From positions 236,282,001 to 236,346,000 of the forward strand of contig OZ024740.1 of NCBI GenBank assembly GCA_964016885.1: 64,000 nucleotides of DNA, read 5' to 3'. Within the stretch, counting starts at the first letter, position 1; each line of letters opens with the position of its first letter. This document shows positions 1 to 18,000 of this stretch, in pieces. Source of the stretch: Eledone cirrhosa (lineage: Eukaryota). The position numbers and the translations under genes were made by a program. Under the pieces are notes generated by a model that was given only the letters and a program-made list of their open reading frames with translations, did not search any database and had not been told where the DNA came from.

Positions 1-3000
1 ACTACCATACAACACCACACCATACAGTCACTCCAACACCTCTACCTTCACTACCATACAACACCACACCATACAGTCACTACAACACCTCTACCTTCAC
101 TACCATACAACACCACACCATACAGTCACTACAACACCCCTACCTTCACTACCATACAACACCCCACACTATACAGTCACTACAACACCTCTACCTTCAC
201 TACCATACAACACCACACCACAGTCACTACAACACCTCTACCTTCACTACCATACAACACCACACCATACAGACACTACAACACATCTACCTTCACTACC
301 ATACAACACCACACTATACAGTCACTACAACACCTCTACCTTCACTACCATACAACACCACACCATACAGTCACTGCAACACCTCTACCTTCACTACCAT
401 ACAACACCACACCATACAGTCACTACAACACCTCTACATTCACTACCATACAACACCACACTATACAGTCACTACAACACCTCTACCTTCACCACCATAC
501 AACACCACACCATACAGTCACTACAACACCTCTACCTTCACTACCATACAACACAACACCATACAGTCAATACAACACCTCTACATTCACTACCATACAA
601 CACCACACCATACAGTCACTGCAACACCTCTATCTTCACTACCATACAACACCACACTATACAGTCACTACAACACCTCTACCTTCACTACCATACAACA
701 CCACACCATACAGTCACTACAACACCTCTACCTTCACTACCATACAACACCACACCATACAGTCAATACAACACCTCTACCTTCACTACCATACAACACC
801 ACACCATACAGTCACTACAACACCTCTACCTTCACTACCATACAACACCACACCATACAGTCACTACAAGACCTCTACCTTCACTACCATACAACACCAC
901 ACCATACAGTCACTACAACACCTCTACCTTCACTACCATACAACACCACACCATACAACACCAAACCATACATTCACTACAACACCTCTACCTTCACTAC
1001 CATACAACACCACACCATACAGTCAATACAACACCTCTACCTTCACTACCATACAACACCACACCATACAGTCACTACAACACCTCTACCTTCACTACCA
1101 TACAACACCACGCTATACAGTCACTACAACACCTCTACCTTCACTATCATACAACACCACACCATACAGTCACTACAGCACCTCTACCTTCACTACCATA
1201 CAACACCACACTATACAGTCACTACAACACCTCTACCTTCACTACCATACAACACCACATTATACAGTCACTACAACACCTCTACCTTCACTACCATACA
1301 ACACCACACCATACAGTCACTACAACACCTCTACCTTCACTACCATACAACACCACACTATACAGTCACTACAACACCTCTACCTTCACTACCATACAAC
1401 ACCACACCATACAGTCACTACAACACCTCTTCCTTCACTACCATACAACACCACAGCATACAGTCAGTACACCACCTCTACCTTCACTACCATACAACAC
1501 CACACTATACAGTCACTACAACACCTCTACCTTCACTACCATACAACACCACACCATACAGTCACTACAACACCTCTACCTTCACTACCATACAACACCA
1601 CACTATACAGTCACTACAACACCTCTACCTTCACTACCATACAACACCACACCATACAGTCAGTACACCACCTCTACCTTCACTACCATACAACACCACA
1701 CCATACAGTCACTACAACACCTCTACCTACACTACCATACAACACCACACCATACAGTCCCTACAACACATCTACCTTCACTACCATACAACACCACACC
1801 ATACAGTCACTACAACACCTCTACCTTCACTACCATACAACACCACACCATACAGTTACTACACCACCTCTACCTTCACTACCATACAACACCACACCAT
1901 ACAGTCACTACAACACCTCTACCTTCACTACCATACAACACCACACCATACAGTCACTACAACACCTCTACCTTCACTACCATACAACACCACACCATAC
2001 AGTCACTACAACACCTCTACCTTCACTACCATACAACACAAAACCATACAGTCACTACAGCACCTCTACCTTCACTACCATACAACACCACACCATACAG
2101 TCACTACAACACCTCTACCTACACTACCATACAACACCACACCATACAGTCACTACAACACCTCTACCTTCACTACCATACAACACCACACCATACAGTC
2201 ACTACAACACCTCTACCTTCACTACCATACAACACCACACCATACAGTCACTACAACACCTCTACCTTCACTACCATACAACACCACACCACAGTCACTA
2301 CAACACCTCTACCTTCACTACCATACAACACCACACTATACAGTCACTACAACACCTCTACCTTCACTACCATACAACACCACACCATACATTCACTACA
2401 ACACCCCTACCTTCACTACCATACAACACCACACTATACCATCACTACAACACCTCTACTTTCACTACCATACAACAGCACACCATACAGTCACTACAAC
2501 ACATCTACCTTCACTACCATACAACACCACACCATACAGCCACTACAACACCTCTACCTTCACTACCATACAACACCACACCATACAGTCACTACAACAC
2601 CTTCACCTTCACTACCATACAACACCAAACCATAGTCACTACAACACCTCTACCTTCACTACCATACAACACCACACTATACACTCACTACAACACCTCT
2701 ACCTTCACTACCATACAACACCACACCATACAGTCACTACAACACATCTACCTTCACTACCATACAACACCACACCATACAGTCACTACAACACCTCTAC
2801 CTTCACTACCATACAACACCACACCATACAGTCACTACAACACCTCTACCTTCACTACCATACAACACCACACAATACAGTCACTACAACACCTCTACCT
2901 TCACTACCATACAACACCACACCATACAGTCACTACAACACCTCTACCTTCACTACCATACAACACCACACCATACAGTCACTACAACACCTCTACCTTC

Positions 3001-6000
3001 ACTAACATACAACACCACACCATACAGTCACTACAACACCTCTACCTTCACTACCATACAACACCACACCATACAGTCACTACAACACCTCTACCATCAC
3101 TACCATACAACACCACACCATACAGTCACTACAACACCTCTACCTTCACTACCATACAACACCACACCATACAGTCACTACAACACCTCTACCTTCACTA
3201 CCATACAACACCACACCATACAGTCACTACAAAACCTCTACCATCACTACCATACAACACCACACTATACAGTCACTACAACACCTCTACCTTCACTACC
3301 ATACAACACCACACCATACAGTCACTACAACACCTCCACCTTCATTACCATACAACACCACACCACAGTCACTACAACACCTCTACCTCCACTACCATAC
3401 AACACCACACCATACAGTCACTAAAACACCTCTACCTTCACTATCATACAACACCACACCATACATTCACTACAACACCTCTACCTTCACTATCATACAA
3501 CACCACACCATACAGTCACTACAACACCTCTACCTTCACTATCATACAACACCACACCATACAGTCACTACAACACCTCTACCTTCACTACCATACAACA
3601 CCACACCACAGTCACTACAACACCTCTACCTTCACTATCATACAACACCACACCATAAAGTCACTACAACACCTCTACCTTCACTACCATACAACACCTC
3701 ACCATACAGTCACTACAACACCTCTACCTTCACTATCATACAACACCACACCATACAGTCACTACAACATCTCTACCTTCACTACTATACAACACCACAC
3801 CATACAGTCACTACAACACCTCTACCTTCACTACCATACAACACCACACCATACAGTCACTACAACACCTCTACCTTCACTACCATACAACACCACACCA
3901 TAAGTCACTACAACACCTCTACCTTCACTACCATACAACACCACAGCATACAGTCAGTACACCACCTCTACCTTCACTACCATACAACACCACACCATAC
4001 AACACCAAACCATACATTCACTACAACACCTCTACCTTCACTACCATACAACACCACACCATACAGTCAATACAACACCTCTACCTTCACTACCATACAA
4101 CACCACACCATACAGTCACTACAACACCTCTACCTTCACTACCATACAACACCACACTATACAGTCACTACAACACCTCTACCTTCACTATCATACAACA
4201 CCACACCATACAGTCACTACAGCACCTCTACCTTCACTACCATACAACACCACACTATACAGTCACTACAACACCTCTACCTTCACTACCATACAACACC
4301 ACATTATACAGTCACTACAACACCTCTACCTTCACTACCATACAACACCACACCATACAGTCACTACAACACCTCTACCTTCACTACCATACAACACCAC
4401 ACTATACAGTCACTACAACACCTCTACCTTCACTACCATACAACACCACACCATACAGTCACTACAACACCTCTACCTTCACTACCATACAACACCACAG
4501 CATACAGTCAGTACAACACCTCTACCTTCACTACCATACAACACCACACTATACAGTCACTACAACACCTCTACCTTCACTACCATACAACACCACACCA
4601 TACAGTCACTACAACACCTCTAGCTTCACTACCATACAACACCACACTATACAGTCACTACAACACCTCTACCTTCACTACCATACAACACCACACCATA
4701 CAGTCAGTACACCACCTCTACCTTCACTACCATACAACACCACACCATACAGTCACTACAACACCTCTACCTTCACTACCATACAACACCACACCATACA
4801 GTCCCTACAACACATCTACCTTCACTACCATACAACACCACACCATACAGTCACTACAACACCTCTACCTTCACTACCATACAACACCACACCATACAGT
4901 TACTACACCACCTCTACCTTCACTACCATACAACACCACACCATACAGTCACTACAACACCTCTACCTTCACTACCATACAACACCACACCATACAGTCA
5001 CTACAACACCTCTACCTTCACTACCATACAACACCACACCATACAGTCACTACAACACCTCTACCTTCACTACCATACAACACCACACCATACAGTCACT
5101 ACAGCACCTCGAACCTTCACTACCATACAACACCACACCATACAGTCACTACAACACCTCTACCTTCACTACCATACAACACCACACCATACAGTCACTA
5201 CAACACCTCTACCTTCACTACCATACAACACCACACCATACAGTCACTACAACACCTCTACCTTCACTACCATACAACACCACACCATACAGTCACTACA
5301 ACACCTCTACCTTCACTACCATACAACACCACACCACAGTCACTACAACACCTCTACCTTCACTACCATACAACACCACACTATACAGTCACTACAACAC
5401 CTCTACCTTCACTACCATACAACACCACACCATACATTCACTACAACACCCCTACCTTCACTACCATACAACACCACACTATACCATCACTACAACACCT
5501 CTACTTTCACTACCATACAACAGCACACCATACAGTCACTACAACACCTCTACCTTCACTACCATACAACACCACACCATACAGCCACTACAACACCTCT
5601 ACCTTCACTACCATACAACACCACACCATACAGTCACTACAACACCTTCACCTTCACTACCATACAACACCAAACCATACAGTCACTACAACACCTCTAC
5701 CTTCACTACCATACAACACCACACTATACAGTCACTACAACACCTCTACCTTCACTACCATACAACACCACACCATACAGTCACTACAACACATCTACCT
5801 TCACTACCATACAACACCACACCATACAGTCACTACAACACCTCTACCTTCACTACCATACAACACCACACCATACAGTCACTACAACACCTCTACCTTC
5901 ACTACCATACAACACCACACAATACAGTCACTACAACACCTCTACCTTCACTACCATACTAACACCACACCATACAGTCACTACAACACCTCTACCTTCA

Positions 6001-9000
6001 CTACCATACAACACCACACCATACAGTCACTACAACACCTCTACCTTCACTACCATACAACACCACAGCATACAGTCACTACAACACCTCTACCTTCACT
6101 ACCATACAACACCACACCATACAGTCACTACAACACCTCTACCATCACTACCATACAACACCACACCATACAGTCACTACAACACCTCTACCTTCACTAC
6201 CATACAACACCACACCATACAGTCACTACAACACCTCTACCTTCACTACCATACAACACCACACCATACAGTCACTATAAAACCTCTACCATCACTACCA
6301 TACAACACCACACTATACAGTCACTACAACACCTCTACCTTCACTACCATACAACACCACACCATACAGTCACTACAACACCTCCACCTTCATTACCATA
6401 CAACACCACACCACAGTCACTACAACACCTCTACCTCCACTACCATACAACACCACACCATACAGTCACTAAAACACCTCTACCTTCACTATCATACAAC
6501 ACCACACCATACATTCACTACAACACCTCTACCTTCACTATCATACAACACCACACCATACAGTCACTACAACACCTCTACCTTCACTATCATACAACAC
6601 CACACCATACAGTCACTACAACACCTCTACCTTCACTACCATACAACACCACACCACAGTCACTACAACACCTCTACCTTCACTATCATACAACACCACA
6701 CCATAAAGTCACTACAACACCTCTACCTTCACTACCATACAACACCTCACCATACAGTCACTACAACACCTCTACCTTCACTATCATACAACACCACACC
6801 ATACAGTCACTACAACATCTCTACCTTCACTACTATACAACACCACACCATACAGTCACTACAACACCTCTACCTTCACTACCATACAACACCACACCAT
6901 ACAGTCACTACAACACCTCTACCTTCACTACCATACAACACCACACCATAAGTCACTACAACACCTCTACCTTCACTACCATACAACACCACAGCATACA
7001 GTCAGTACACCACCTCTACCTTCACTACCATACAACACCACACTATACAGTCACTACAACACCTCTACCTTCACTACCATACAACACCACACCATACAGT
7101 CACTACAACACCTCTACCTTCACTACCATACAACACCACACCATACAGTCACTACAGCACCTCTACCTTCACTACCATACAACACCACACCATACAGTCA
7201 CTACAACACCTCTACCTTCACTACCATACAACACCACACCATACAGTCACTACAACATCTCTACCTTCACTACCATACAACACCACACCATACAGTCACT
7301 ACAACACCTCTACCTTCACTACCATACAACACCACACCATACAGTCACTACAACACCTCTACCTTCACTACCATACAACACCACACCATACAGTCACTAC
7401 AACACCTCTACCTTCACTACCATACAACACCACATCATACAGTCACTACAACACCTCTACCTTCACTACCATACAACACCACACCATACAGTCACTACAA
7501 CATCTCTACCTTCACTACCATACAACACCACACCATACAGTCACTACAACACCTCTACCTTCACTACCATACAACACCACACCATACAGTCACAACAACA
7601 CCCCTACCTTCACTACCATACAACACCCCACACTATACAGTCACTACAACACCTCTACCTTCACTACCATACAACACCACACCATACAGTCACTACAACA
7701 CCTCTACTTTCACTACCATACAACACCACACCACAGTCACTACAACACCTCTACCTTCACTACCATACAACACCACACTATACAGTCACTACAACACCTC
7801 TACCTTCACTACCATACAACAGCACACCATACAGTCACTACAACACCTCTACCTTCACTACCATACAACACCACACCATACAGCCACTACAACACCTCTA
7901 CCTTCACTACCATACAACACCACACCATACAGTCACTACAACACCTCTACCTTCACTACCATACAACACCACACCATACAGTCACTACAACACCTCTACC
8001 ATCACTACCATACAACACCACACCATACAGTCACTACAACACCTCTACCTTCACTACCATACAACACCACACCATACAGTCACTACAACACCTCTACCTT
8101 CACTACCATACACCACCACACCATACAGTCACTACAAAACCTCTACCATCACTACCATACAACACCCCGCACTATACAGTCACTACAACACCTCTACCTT
8201 CACTACCATGCAACACCACACCATACAGTCACTACAACACCTCCACCTTCATTACCATACAATACCACACCACAGTCACTACAACACCTCTACCTCCACT
8301 ACCATACAACACCACACCATACAGTCACTACAACACCACACCATACATTCACTACAACACCTCTACCTTCACTATCATACAACACCACACCATACAGTCA
8401 CTACAACACCTCTACCTTCACTATCATACAACACCACACCATACAGTCACTACAACACCTCTACCTTCACTACCATACAACACCACACCACAGTCACTAC
8501 AACACCTCTACCTCCACTACCATACAACACCACACCATACAGTCACTCAAACACCTCTACCTTCACTATCATACAACACCACACCATACATTCACTACAA
8601 CACCTCTACTTTCACTACCATACAACACCACACCATACAGTCACTACAACACCTCTACCTTCACTACCATACAACACCACACCATACATTCACTACAACA
8701 CCTCTACCTTCACTACCATACAACACCACACCATACAGTCACTACAACACCTCTACCTTCACTATCATACAACACCACACCATACAGTCACTACAACACC
8801 TCTACCTTCACTACCATACAACACCTCACCATACATTCACTACAACACCTCTACCTTCACTATCATACAACACCACACCATACAGTCACTACAACACCTC
8901 TACCTTCACTACCATACAACACCACACCATACAGTCACTACAACACCTCTACCTTCACTACCATACAACACCACACCATACAGTCACTACAACACCTCTA

Positions 9001-12000
9001 CCTTCACTACCATACAACACCACACCATACAGTCACTACAACACCTCTACCTTCACTACCATACAACACCACACCATACAGTCACTACAACACCTCTACC
9101 TTCACTACCATACAACACCACACCATACAGTCACTACAACACCTCTACCTTCACTACCATACAACACCACACCATACAGTCACTACAACACCTTTACCTT
9201 CACTACCATACAACACCACACCATACAGTCACTACAGCTCCTCTACCTTCACTACCATACAACACCACACCATACAGTCACTACAACACCTCTACCTTCA
9301 CTACCATACAACACCACACCATACAGTCACTACAACACCTCTACCTTCACTACCATATAACACCACACCATACAGTTACTACAACACCTCTACCTTCACT
9401 ACCATACAACAGCACACCATACAGTCACCACAAAACCTCTACATTCACTACTATACAACACCACACCAAACAGTCACTACAACACCTCTACTTTCACTAC
9501 CATACAACACCACACCATACAGTCAATACAACACCTCTACCTTCACTATCATACAACACCACACCATACAGTCACTACAACACCTCTACCTTCACTACCA
9601 TACAACAGCACACTATACAGTCACTACAACACCTCTACCTTCACTATCATACAACACCACACCATACAGTCACTACAACACCTCTACCTTCACTACCATA
9701 CAACACCACACCATACAGTCACTACAACATCTCTACCTTCACTACCATACAACACCACACCATACAGTCACTACAACACCTCTACCTTCACTACCATACA
9801 ACACCACACCATACAGTCACAACAACACCCCTACCTTCACTACCATACAACACCCCACACTATACAGTCACTACAACACCTCTACCTTCACTACCATACA
9901 ACACCACACCATACAGTCACAACAACACCCCTACCTTCACTACCATACAACACCCCACACTATACAGTCACTACAACACCTCTACTTTCACTACCATACA
10001 ACACCACACCACAGTCACTACAACACCTCTACCTTCACTACCATACAACACCACACTATACAGTCACTACAACACCTCTACCTTCACTACCATACAACAG
10101 CACACCATACAGTCACTACAACACCTCTACCTTCACTACCATACAACACCACACCATACAGCCACTACAACACCTCTACCTTCACTACCATACAACACCA
10201 CACCATACAGTCACTACAACACCTCTACCTTCACTACCATACAACACCACACCATACAGTCACTACAACACCTCTACCATCACTACCATACAACACCACA
10301 CCATACAGTCACTACAACACCTCTACCTTCACTACCATACAACACCACACCATACAGTCACTACAACACCTCTACCTTCACTACCATACACCACCACACC
10401 ATACAGTCACTACAAAACCTCTACCATCACTACCATACAACACCCCGCACTATACAGTCACTACAACACCTCTACCTTCACTACCATGCAACACCACACC
10501 ATACAGTCACTACAACACCTCCACCTTCATTACCATACAACACCACACCACAGTCACTACAACACCTCTACCTCCACTACCATACAACACCACACCATAC
10601 AGTCACTACAACACCTCTACCTTCACTATCATACAACACCACACCATACATTCACTACAACACCTCTACCTTCACTATCATACAACACCACACCATACAG
10701 TCACTACAACACCTCTACCTTCACTATCATACAACACCACACCATACAGTCACTACAACACCTCTACCTTCACTACCATACAACACCACACCACAGTCAC
10801 TACAACACCTCTACCTCCACTACCATACAACACCACACCATACAGTCACTCAAACACCTCTACCTTCACTATCATACAACACCACACCATACATTCACTA
10901 CAACACCTCTACTTTCACTACCATACAACACCACACCATACAGTCACTACAACACCTCTACCTTCACTACCATACAACACCACACCATACATTCACTACA
11001 ACACCTCTACCTTCACTACCATACAACACCACACCATACAGTCACTACAACACCTCTACCTTCACTATCATACAACACCACACCATACAGTCACTACAAC
11101 ACCTCTACCTTCACTACCATACAACACCTCACCATACATTCACTACAACACCTCTACCTTCACTATCATACAACACCACACCATACAGTCACTACAACAC
11201 CTCTACCTTCACTACCATACAACACCACACTATACAGTCACTACAACACCTCTACCTTCACTACCATACAACACCACACCATACAGTCACTACAACACCT
11301 CTACCTTCACTACCATACAACACCACACCATACAGTCACTACAACACCTCTACCTTCACTACCATACAACACCACACCATACAGTCACTACAACACCTCT
11401 ACCTTCACTACCATACAACACCACACCATACAGTCACTACAACACCTCTACCTTCACTACCATACAACACCACACCATACAGTCACTACAACACCTCTAC
11501 CTTCACTACCATAAAACACCACACCATACAGTCACTACAACACCTCTACCTTCACTACCATACAACACCACACCATACAGTCACTACAACAACTTTACCT
11601 TCACTACCATACAACACCACACCATACAGTCACTACAGCTCCTCTACCTTCACTACCATACAACACCACACCATACAGTCACTACAACACCTCTACCTTC
11701 ACTACCATACAACACCACACCATACAGTCACTACAACACCTCTACCTTCACTACCATATAACACCACACCATACAGTTACTACAACACCTCTACCTTCAC
11801 TACAATACAACAGCACACCATACAGTCACCACAAAACCTCTACCTTCACTACTATACAACACCACACCATACAGTCACTACAACACCTCTACTTTCACTA
11901 CCATACAACACCACACCATACAGTCAATACAACACCTCTACCTTCACTATCATACAACACCACACCATACAGTCACTACAACACCTCTACCTTCACTACC

Positions 12001-15000
12001 ATACAACAGCACACTATACAGTCACTACAACACCTCTACCTTCACTATCATACAACACCACACCATACAGTCACTACAACACCTCTACCTTCACTACCAT
12101 ACAACACCACACCATACAGTCACTACAACACCTCTACCTTCACTACCATACAACACCACACCATACAGTCACTACAACACCTCTACCTTCACTACCATAC
12201 AACACCACACCATACAGTCACTACAACACCCCTACCTTCACTACCATACAACACCCCACACTATACAGTCACTACAACACCTCTACCTTCACTACCATAC
12301 AACACCACACCACAGTCACTACAACACCTCTACCTTCACTACCATACAACACCACACCATACAGTCACTACAACACCTCTACATTCACTACCATACAACA
12401 CCACACCATACAGTCACTACAATACCTCTACCTTCACTACCATACAACACCACACCATACAGTCACTGCAACACCTCTACCTTCACTACCATACAACACC
12501 ACACCATACAGTCACTACAACACCTCTACATTCACTACCATACAACACCACACTATACAGTCACTACAACACCTCTACCTTCACCACCATACAACACCAT
12601 TCCATACAGTCACTACAACACCTCTACCTTCACTACCATACAACACAACACCATACAGTCACTACAACACCTCTACCTTCACTACCATACAACACCACAC
12701 CATACAGTCACTACAACACCTCTACCTTCACTACCATACAACACCACACCATACAGTCACTACAACACCTCTACCTTCACTACCATACAACACCACACCA
12801 TACAGTCACTACAACACCTCTACCTTCACTACCATACAACACCACACCATACAGTCAATACAACACATCTACCTTCACTACCATACAACACCACACTATA
12901 CAGTCACTACAACACCTCTACCTTCACTACCATACAACACTAAACCATACAGTCACTACAACACCTCTACCTTAACTACCATACAACACCAAACAATACA
13001 TTCACTACAACACCTCTACCTTCACTACCATACAACACCACACCATACAGTCACTACAACACCTCTACCTTCACTACCATACAACAGCACACCATACAGT
13101 CACTACAACACCTCTACCTTCACTACCATACAACACCACACCATACAGTCACTACAACACCTCTACCTTCACTACCATACAACACCACACCATACAATCA
13201 CTACAACACCTCTATCTTCACTACCATACAACACCACACCATACAGTCACTACAACACCTCTACCTTTACTACCATACAACACCACACCATACAGTCACT
13301 ACAACACCTCTATCTTCACTACCATACAACACCATACCATACAGTCACTACAACACCTCTACCTTCACTACCATACAACACCACACCATACAGTCACTAC
13401 AACTCCTCTATCTTCACTACCATACAACACCACACCATTCAGTCACTACAACACCTCTACCTTCACTACCATACAACACCACACTATACAGTCACTACAA
13501 CACCTCTACCTTCACTACCATACAACACTACACCATACAGTCACTACAACACCTCTACATTTAATACCATACAACACCACACCATACAGTCACTACAACA
13601 CCTCTACCTTCACTACCATACCACACTACACCATACAGTCAATACAACACCTCTACCTTTAATACCATACAACACCACACTATACAGTCACTACAACACC
13701 TCTACCTTCACTACCATACAACACCACACCATACAGTCACTACAACACCTCTACCTTCACTATCATACAACACCACACCATACAGTCACTACAACACCTC
13801 TACCTTCACTACCATACAACACCACACCATACATTCACTACAACACCTCTACCTTCACTACCATACAACACCACACCCTACAGTCTCTACAACACCTCTA
13901 CCTTCACTACCATACAACACCACACCATACAGTCACTACAACACCTCTACCTTCACTACCATACAACACCACACTATACAGTCACTACAACACCTCTACC
14001 TTCACTATCATACAACAGCACACCATACAGTCACTACAACACCTCTACCTTCACTACCATACGACACCACACCATACAGTCACTACAACACCTTTACCTT
14101 CACTACCATACAACACCACACCATACAGTCACTACAGCTCCTCTACCTTCACTACCATACAACACCACACCATACAGTCACTACAACACCTCTACCTTCA
14201 CTACCATACAACACCACACCATACAGTCACTACAACACCTCTACCTTCACTACCATATAACACCACACCATACAGTTACTACAACACCTCTACCTTCACT
14301 ACCATACAACAGCACACCATACAGTCACCACAAAACCTCTACCTTCACTACTATACAACACCACACCATACAGTCACTACAACACCTCTACTTTCACTAC
14401 CATACAACACCACACCATACAGTCAATACAACACCTCTACCTTCACTATCATACAACACCACACCATACAGTCACTACAACACCTCTACCTTCACTACCA
14501 TACAACAGCACACTATACAGTCACTACAACACCTCTACCTTCACTATCATACAACACCACACCATACAGTCACTACAACACCTCTACCTTCACTACCATA
14601 CAACACCACACTATACAGTCACTACAACACCTCTACCTTCACTACCATACAACACTACACCATACAGTCACTACAACACCTCTACATTTAATACCATACA
14701 ACACCACACCATACAGTCACTACAACACCTCTACCTTCACTACCATACCACACTACACCATACAGTCAATACAACACCTCTACATTTAATACCATACAAC
14801 ACCACACTATACAGTCACTACAACACCTCTACCTTCACTACCATACAACACCACACCATACAGTCACTACAACACCTCTACCTTCACTATCATACAACAC
14901 CACACCATACAGTCACTACAACACCTCTACCTTCACTACCATACAACACCACACCATACATTCACTACAACACCTCTACCTTCACTACCATACAACACCA

Positions 15001-18000
15001 CACCCTACAATCTCTACAACACCTCTACCTTCACTACCATACAACACCACACCATACAGTCACTACAACACCTCTACCTTCACTACCATACAACACCACA
15101 CTATACAGTCACTACAACACCTCTACCTTCACTATCATACAACAGCACACCATACAGTCACTACAACACCTCTACCTTCACTACCATACAACACCACACC
15201 ATACAGTCACTACAACACCTTTACCTTCACTACCATACAACACCACACCATACAGTCACTACAGCTCCTCTACCTTCACTACCATACAACACCACACCAT
15301 ACAGTCACTACAACACCTCTACCTTCACTACCATACAACACCACACCATACAGTCACTACAACACCTCTACCTTCACTACCATATAACACCACACCATAC
15401 AGTTACTACAACACCTCTACCTTCACTACCATACAACAGCACACCATACAGTCACCACAAAACCTCTACCTTCACTACTATACAACACCACACCATACAG
15501 TCACTACAACACCTCTACTTTCACTACCATACAACACCACACCATACAGTCAATACAACACCTCTACCTTCACTATCATACAACACCACACCATACAGTC
15601 ACTACAACACCTCTACCTTCACTACCATACAACAGCACACTATACAGTCACTACAACACCTCTACCTTCACTATCATACAACACCACACCATACAGTCAC
15701 TACAACACCTCTACCTTCACTACCATACAACACCACACCATACAGTCACTACAACACCTCTACCTTCACTACCATACAACACCACACCATACAGTCACTA
15801 CAACACCTCTACCTTCACTACCATACAACACCACACCATACAGTCACTACAACACCCCTACCTTCACTACCATACAACACCCCACACTATACAGTCACTA
15901 CAACACCTCTACCTTCACTACCATACAACACCACACCACAGTCACTACAACACCTCTACCTTCACTACCATACAACACCACACCATACAGTCACTACAAC
16001 ACCTCTACCTTCACTACCATACAACACCACACCATACATTCACTACAACACCTCTACCTTCACTACCATACAACACCACACCCTACAGTCTCTACAACAC
16101 CTCTACCTTCACTACCATACAACACCACACCATACAGTCACTACAACACCTCTACCTTCACTACCATACAACACCACAATATACAGTCACTACAACACCT
16201 CTACCTTCACTATCATACAACAGCACACCATACAGTCACTACAACACCTCTACCTTCACTACCATACAACACCACACCATACAGTCACTACAACACCTTT
16301 ACCTTCACTACCATACAACACCACACCATACAGTCACTACAGCTCCTCTACCTTCACTACCATACAACACCACACCATACAGTCACTACAACACCTCTAC
16401 CTTCACTACCATACAACACCACACCATACAGTCACTACAACACCTCTACCTTCACTACCATATAACACCACACCATACAGTTACTACAACACCTCTACCT
16501 TCACTACCATACAACAGCACACCATACAGTCACCACAAAACCTCTACCTTCACTACTATACAACACCACACCATACAGTCACTACAAAACCTCTACTTTC
16601 ACTACCATACAACACCACACCATACAGTCAATACAACACCTCTACCTTCACTATCATACAACACCACACCATACAGTCACTACAACACCTCTACCTTCAC
16701 TACCATACAACAGCACACTATACAGTCACTACAACACCTCTACCTTCACTATCATACAACACCACACCATACAGTCACTACAACACCTCTACCTTCACTA
16801 CCATACAACACCACACCATACAGTCACTACAACACCTCTACCTTCACTACCATACAACACCACACCATACAGTCACTACAACACCTCTACCTTCACTACC
16901 ATACAACACCACACCATACAGTCACTACAACACCCCTACCTTCACTACCATACAACACCCCACACTATACAGTCACTACAACACCTCTACCTTCACTACC
17001 ATACAACACCACACCACAGTCACTACAACACCTCTACCTTCACTACCATACAACACCACACCATACAGTCACTACAACACCTCTACATTCACTACCATAC
17101 AACACCACACCATACAGTCACTACAATACCTCTACCTTCACTACCATACAACACCACACCATACAGTCACTACAACACCTCTACCTTCACTACCATACAA
17201 CACCACACCATACAGTCAATACAACACATCTACCTTCACTACCATACAACACCACACTATACAGTCACTACAACACCTCTACCTTCACTACCATACAACA
17301 CTAAACCATACAGTCACTACAACACCTCTACCTTAACTACCATACAACACCAAACAATACATTCACTACAACACCTCTACCTTCACTACCATACAACACC
17401 ACACCATACAGTCACTACAACACCTCTACCTTCACTACCATACAACACCACACCATACAGTCACTACAACACCTCTACCTTCACTACCATACAACACCAC
17501 ACCATACAGTCACTACAACACCTCTACCTTCACTACCATACAACACCACACCATACAATCACTACAACACCTCTATCTTCACTACCATACAACACCACAC
17601 CATACAGTCACTACAACACCTCTACCTTCACTACCATACAACACCACACCATACAGTCACTACAACACCTCTATCTTCACTACCATACAACACCATACCA
17701 TACAGTCACTACAACACCTCTACCTTCACTACCATACAACACCACACCATACAGTCACTACAACACCTCTATCTTCACTACCATACAACACCACACCATA
17801 CAGTCACTACAACACCTCTACCTTCACTACCATACAACACCACACCATACAGTCACTACAACACCTCTACCTTCACTACCATACAACACTACACCATACA
17901 GTCACTACAACACCTCTACATTTAATACCATACAACACCACACCATACAGTCACTACAACACCTCTACCTTCACTACCATACAACACTACACCATACAGT

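Noticed and set aside
155-225. A +2 unit followed by a -2 unit, seemingly selected to preserve phase
   Set aside because: The recurrences sit in duplicated blocks and so represent one event. The 47-bp unit also occurs alone (e.g. 2290, 3362).
8208-14789. 2193-aa and 342-aa ORFs as a real mucin-like or His-rich gene
   Set aside because: They lie wholly within a non-triplet satellite. Openness follows from the lack of G, the ATG is a point variant, and there is no signal peptide or unique domain.
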